This document shows positions 24,682 to 28,637 of a stretch of DNA of 28,637 nucleotides, piece after piece. Where the stretch lies: IMG/VR virus record IMGVR_UViG_3300021387_000076. One strand, given 5' to 3'. Origin of the DNA: a virus (Duplodnaviria; Heunggongvirae; Uroviricota; Caudoviricetes). Numbering within the stretch: position 1 is the first letter of the stretch; the number at the start of each line of letters is the position of its first letter. Under the pieces are notes generated by a model. It saw only the letters and a program-made list of their open reading frames with translations, ran no database searches and had not been told where the DNA came from. A program made the position numbers and the translations under genes.

Positions 24682-27600
24682 ATGAGTGAAGAAACAAAGA
24701 GAATAAGTTTGGAGATTGATGCTACATTAAAGGGTGACGATCTTAAATCCAAACTCAGCGAAATGTATGAGAACGTAAAGAAAACAGAACAAAGTTTTGC
24801 GAGCATGAGAGAAGGTATGGCAGATATGCCTGTCCTCGGAGAGATGCTTAACTCTCAGCTTCAGGCTACAGAAACTCTGGCATCTACTGTTGGAGATAAA
24901 ATAGTTTCTTTAATGAAGTCAGAAGGCGATATGACTGAAGAGACTCGCATGAGGGCTATTAGCAATCTGAATAGCTCGGCAAGAGAATTATCAGTACTGA
25001 GCGATATGCAGCTTGGTGACCAGGTCTTCGGTGCGAGAAACATGAAACAGTTTTCTCAGTCTGTGTCCAAGAGTCTTGCTACTGCTCTTGACCAGATCCT
25101 TCCGCAGATTACAAACACTATCAGGACAAAGATAAACAGTCCTAAAGCCGGCGAAGAGCGGTATGGTAGAATTCACACGATAGCTGATATGCAAGGTATG
25201 CTCGTTAAAGATCAGGATATTATGAGCATTATCCGCAACAATACTCCTGAAGGAACAATGAAGCAGAATGCTGCAGCTATCAGGAATTACCTTGGTATCG
25301 CCGCTACAAGAGCAATGGGCTACCACAGAATGAATGAATTCACTCAGGGCATGTTTGGAAGAAACGCCAGCGCTTATGATAGCAGCAGACGTGAACTCGG
25401 AGATCCCAGAGAATATATTCCCGACAGTTTTAAAAGCTCATACGATGCTCGTGGATATGTTGAGAGAGAAACTCACAGACCGGCACAAAAAGTTCTGAGC
25501 AATGATGTGAGAAGAGCCATCATTGCAGAACTTAACAACAACCCTGTATTATATAAAGCCGCTGAGAGAGCGCAGCTTATTCGAAAGAGCGCTGACTCGA
25601 GAAGCAGATACGGAAACTATGGCGATGCTCTGCTTATTGATGACATTACAGACGCACAGCTTGACAGGTTCCGCAAGGAAGCTTATAAGCAGCTTGAAGT
25701 TCGTGGCGCAGGTATGGGTCGCTACGAACTTGAGGACGGCATTTATTATGATCCCAAAGAGACGAGCCCAAGAAGAAAAAATACAATTGCATCCCGTTTT
25801 CAGAGCGGGTCTACAAGACAGGCAATTGAAGGTCTTGCTTTTCTTGACAAACTCGGAGACAAGGATGAAAACTTTGTAAGAAAAAAGGATGTTGACAGGA
25901 AAGAACTTGCCGGCACTCGGGTGATTACACAGAAGAAGCCGATGCTCGACATGTATCAGATCAGCAGAGCAATGCCTTTCATCGGAGAAAAAGGTGCAAC
26001 AGGGCAAAACAGAACCAGAGATATAACCACAGCAAATGAATCCGATATTACAAGGATGCTTCATATCGACCAAAGAGGAGACAGGGCAAAAGCTTTTGAC
26101 ATGATGTCAACAATTTCCCTTGATGGATATGATCCGAATAATGCAGCACACAAAAAAGTTCTCGAACAGATTTACGAAAAAGGTATTTGGGTTAACAGGA
26201 ATACTGGTGAATGGGATCTGGATAGACCGCTTGATGCAAACGGAAAAGTGAACCAGGACTATGTGCTTCATAAATTCCACGCCGCTCACAGAGGAGAAGA
26301 CGGCGCAGTACTTAGAATGCTTAACGCAAATGAAATGCGCAGGATCCAGAGAGAGACCGCAGCTCGTGCAAAAGAGCTCGGACTCGAAGGCAATTATCTC
26401 AATATGTATTCAAGTGACGGTGTCAAGGAATTCGGTCAGCTTGGTGAAGATGGTTTATATATTGCCAACGACAAAGGCAAGTTTTTCGATGCTATCAATA
26501 AGATGTATTCTCCTTCCAGAAGAATAGAAAACAATCTGCAAGGAAAGAAAGTTGCCGTTGTTGACTTGGGCAAAATGGCTGACGGTGCAGGTTTTGCTTC
26601 CAGCGAGTTGATCCGCCACTCGATTCAGGCTCGTGGCGGCTCCGGCTTTAAAGGTCAACTTATTCCTTTTTATGGGAAAACGATGGGAGAGTTCCTTATT
26701 CGCGCCGGCCTTGCAAAGAAGACTCTTGCAAATGGTGAAGCTGATCCAAATGGTGCCTATCATTACTGGGCCAAGAGTATCAACGGCGAAGAAATGGTTG
26801 ACCTGATGGATGCTGATATTGTTACTGATGCATCCCTGTGGAAGAATGCAAAGAGACAATTCAGGAATGCCAATGGTGAATGGTATTCTGCTGATGAAAT
26901 AAACAGAAGAGCAAGCGCCCTCCTTGGAGAAACAAGTCTCTCCGAGATGGTTGACCTTGATAAAGAATCCGAGGCAAACCAGCTTGGTACTCAACTTACC
27001 TCTTATATGGTCATCAATCCCAGGATGAGAAGGATGCAGCTCGAAGGTTTCAAGAAAAGAATGGCAGAACTTGAAACATACGAAGGTATGAAGAAGTATG
27101 TTTTTGCCAATCCTGAAACTGATGCGATGGCGGCAGAACTTCAGAAACCAGGGAACGAAGGGTTATTGAATACGCAGAGATATCGTGACAGAGTAGAATT
27201 ATATAAACAAGCATTGCTTCACGATGTTTCTACACATAAATTTATTGACTTTTCAGAAGATGCTGGAGACTCTTTTACAAATGTAACAAACTCTATCAAT
27301 CCTTTGACTGCTCTGCTTCAGGGCAATGAAGGCGGAGAAATTCCACAGCACATTCTTGATACTGCAAGAAACGCATTGAACGCCAGCAGAAAAGCTGATC
27401 AGAAGGAATACACTGATGAAGACGTTAAAGATATTCTTTTGCTCAGAAGAAGCAAAGGTGCAGACGGAAAAGAAATAAGCAACGTCGTGGACTACGGTAC
27501 TGACGATGAATATGTTGCTTATGCAAGATCTCCTGCTGCATTTGGTGCCTTTGTTTACGGAAGAAACAGAGCAAAAGAAATGAGCATCATCGAAAATGCT

Positions 27601-28637
27601 CTGACTCAAAGAGCTGCTGGTGATCCTCTTGTTCAACAGTTGCTTAGTGTTACTGGTACAGACAGTCCGCTCTTACATAAGGGCGGTGTTTTTCTTGGTC
27701 AGGAAGACTGGAAGACTCTTTCAGGTGCTGACGTTGACGGCGACAGGGTAAAAAGAATTCGCGGTATCTATGCAGATATGGTAAGAGAAAGCAGAGACAA
27801 CGCTGAAATACTTAAAGCGCTTTCAATGCAAGTTGATCCCGAAGGGAATAAACGCTTTGGCGATATGACTCTTGCCGACATTAAAACAAGTGAAAAAGTT
27901 CCAAACGATGTAAAAGCTTTTATCGAAGATATCGAAAGACTCACAAATGAAAGCAAAGAGATGGGCATTGCAAATGCAGCAGCTCTTAACCCGATGCAGA
28001 TGAAACTTGATGACGTCATCGGTAATGGCTCTCGTTTTGTTCTGTCTGCAAGATACGGAAACAAGATATACGATGAATACGCTTCTACTTTCAGAAAGAA
28101 TCCTAAACAGGTAATCAATCATGGACGTGAATGGTGGGACTCTCTGAAGCTCGGTAGAAACTTCGACGCATATCTTGATCACGAAGATCGTTTATTCCAG
28201 CTTGACCCTAATCAGCTCAATGCAATGGAAGCATATCAGGATATAGAAGATCAGTATAAAGGACTAAAGGAAGATAAATCTATTCCAGCAAAAGAGTTTG
28301 AATTAAAAGAAAAAGATCTTTTAAAACAGCGAGAAGAAGCAGAAGCAAAGTTAAAAGGCCTTGGTGTCTTCATTAGTTCTCGTGGGGACATAATGAACCT
28401 CAAGAGCATGGGATCCGAGGACGGAAAAGCCTGGGGTCTGAATATCAACATGCCTTCTGTAAATATGGATGGGCATCTTGCTGGCATGGCTGCGGCTAAA
28501 GAAAATTACAGATCAGGCGCGGCTAATCTCGGCAGAGCTGAATCGATCTCAGAAGCCATCAGGTATAACATCCAAAATGGTAATGGAGTTTATGCTGATG
28601 CTACAAACGAGATAAAAGACTACGCATCAGCTTACCT
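24682..28637 (+). CDS. Giant tape-measure-position protein containing a two-barrel RNA polymerase domain (putative virion RNAP); partial, >1318 aa, not in the ORF track
   Basis: Manual translation from ATG 24682 (ggagcgtg RBS); motifs D634GAGFAS...Q649ARGGSGFKG, R949SP and SGAD1017VDGD all fall in this frame; no stop seen. Confidence 0.85.
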   Translation, partial: MSEETKRISLEIDATLKGDDLKSKLSEMYENVKKTEQSFASMREGMADMPVLGEMLNSQLQATETLASTVGDKIVSLMKSEGDMTEETRMRAISNLNSSARELSVLSDMQLGDQVFGARNMKQFSQSVSKSLATALDQILPQITNTIRTKINSPKAGEERYGRIHTIADMQGMLVKDQDIMSIIRNNTPEGTMKQNAAAIRNYLGIAATRAMGYHRMNEFTQGMFGRNASAYDSSRRELGDPREYIPDSFKSSYDARGYVERETHRPAQKVLSNDVRRAIIAELNNNPVLYKAAERAQLIRKSADSRSRYGNYGDALLIDDITDAQLDRFRKEAYKQLEVRGAGMGRYELEDGIYYDPKETSPRRKNTIASRFQSGSTRQAIEGLAFLDKLGDKDENFVRKKDVDRKELAGTRVITQKKPMLDMYQISRAMPFIGEKGATGQNRTRDITTANESDITRMLHIDQRGDRAKAFDMMSTISLDGYDPNNAAHKKVLEQIYEKGIWVNRNTGEWDLDRPLDANGKVNQDYVLHKFHAAHRGEDGAVLRMLNANEMRRIQRETAARAKELGLEGNYLNMYSSDGVKEFGQLGEDGLYIANDKGKFFDAINKMYSPSRRIENNLQGKKVAVVDLGKMADGAGFASSELIRHSIQARGGSGFKGQLIPFYGKTMGEFLIRAGLAKKTLANGEADPNGAYHYWAKSINGEEMVDLMDADIVTDASLWKNAKRQFRNANGEWYSADEINRRASALLGETSLSEMVDLDKESEANQLGTQLTSYMVINPRMRRMQLEGFKKRMAELETYEGMKKYVFANPETDAMAAELQKPGNEGLLNTQRYRDRVELYKQALLHDVSTHKFIDFSEDAGDSFTNVTNSINPLTALLQGNEGGEIPQHILDTARNALNASRKADQKEYTDEDVKDILLLRRSKGADGKEISNVVDYGTDDEYVAYARSPAAFGAFVYGRNRAKEMSIIENALTQRAAGDPLVQQLLSVTGTDSPLLHKGGVFLGQEDWKTLSGADVDGDRVKRIRGIYADMVRESRDNAEILKALSMQVDPEGNKRFGDMTLADIKTSEKVPNDVKAFIEDIERLTNESKEMGIANAAALNPMQMKLDDVIGNGSRFVLSARYGNKIYDEYASTFRKNPKQVINHGREWWDSLKLGRNFDAYLDHEDRLFQLDPNQLNAMEAYQDIEDQYKGLKEDKSIPAKEFELKEKDLLKQREEAEAKLKGLGVFISSRGDIMNLKSMGSEDGKAWGLNINMPSVNMDGHLAGMAAAKENYRSGAANLGRAESISEAIRYNIQNGNGVYADATNEIKDYASAY

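Noticed and set aside
1-28637. tRNA, rRNA, integrase or transposase genes
   Set aside because: No cloverleaf, rRNA or recombinase signatures recognised by eye; tRNAscan-SE would be needed to exclude tRNAs formally. Lifestyle (temperate versus lytic) cannot be determined from this window

Overview
A 28.6 kb segment of a large tailed phage or prophage. Strong GGAGG ribosome-binding sites suggest a Bacillota host (inference). Bases 1-9250 are a mostly leftward cluster of early/accessory genes: small ORFs, a NADAR-family protein, an RNase HI with a second degenerate RNase H domain, and a 959-aa single-subunit two-barrel RNA polymerase (YonO/QDE-1-like), interspersed with several structured non-coding stretches. 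Bases 9536-28637 are a rightward morphogenesis arm in SPbeta-like order: putative small terminase, large terminase, portal, protease/scaffold, two paralogous decoration-like proteins (one fused to a DUF6273-like domain), major capsid, neck proteins, a tail tube gene split by an ORF-less group I intron, and a tail chaperone with a -1 frameshift. The arm ends in a giant ORF (24682 to the window edge, >1318 aa) that is missing from the ORF track. This ORF sits at the tape-measure position and carries a second full set of two-barrel RNAP motifs (DGAG..QARGGSGFKG, RSP, SGADVDGD). The main result is a candidate two-polymerase system: a tape-measure-fused virion RNAP plus a non-virion RNAP. All calls come from manual reading and motif recall; no database searches or folding programs were run.
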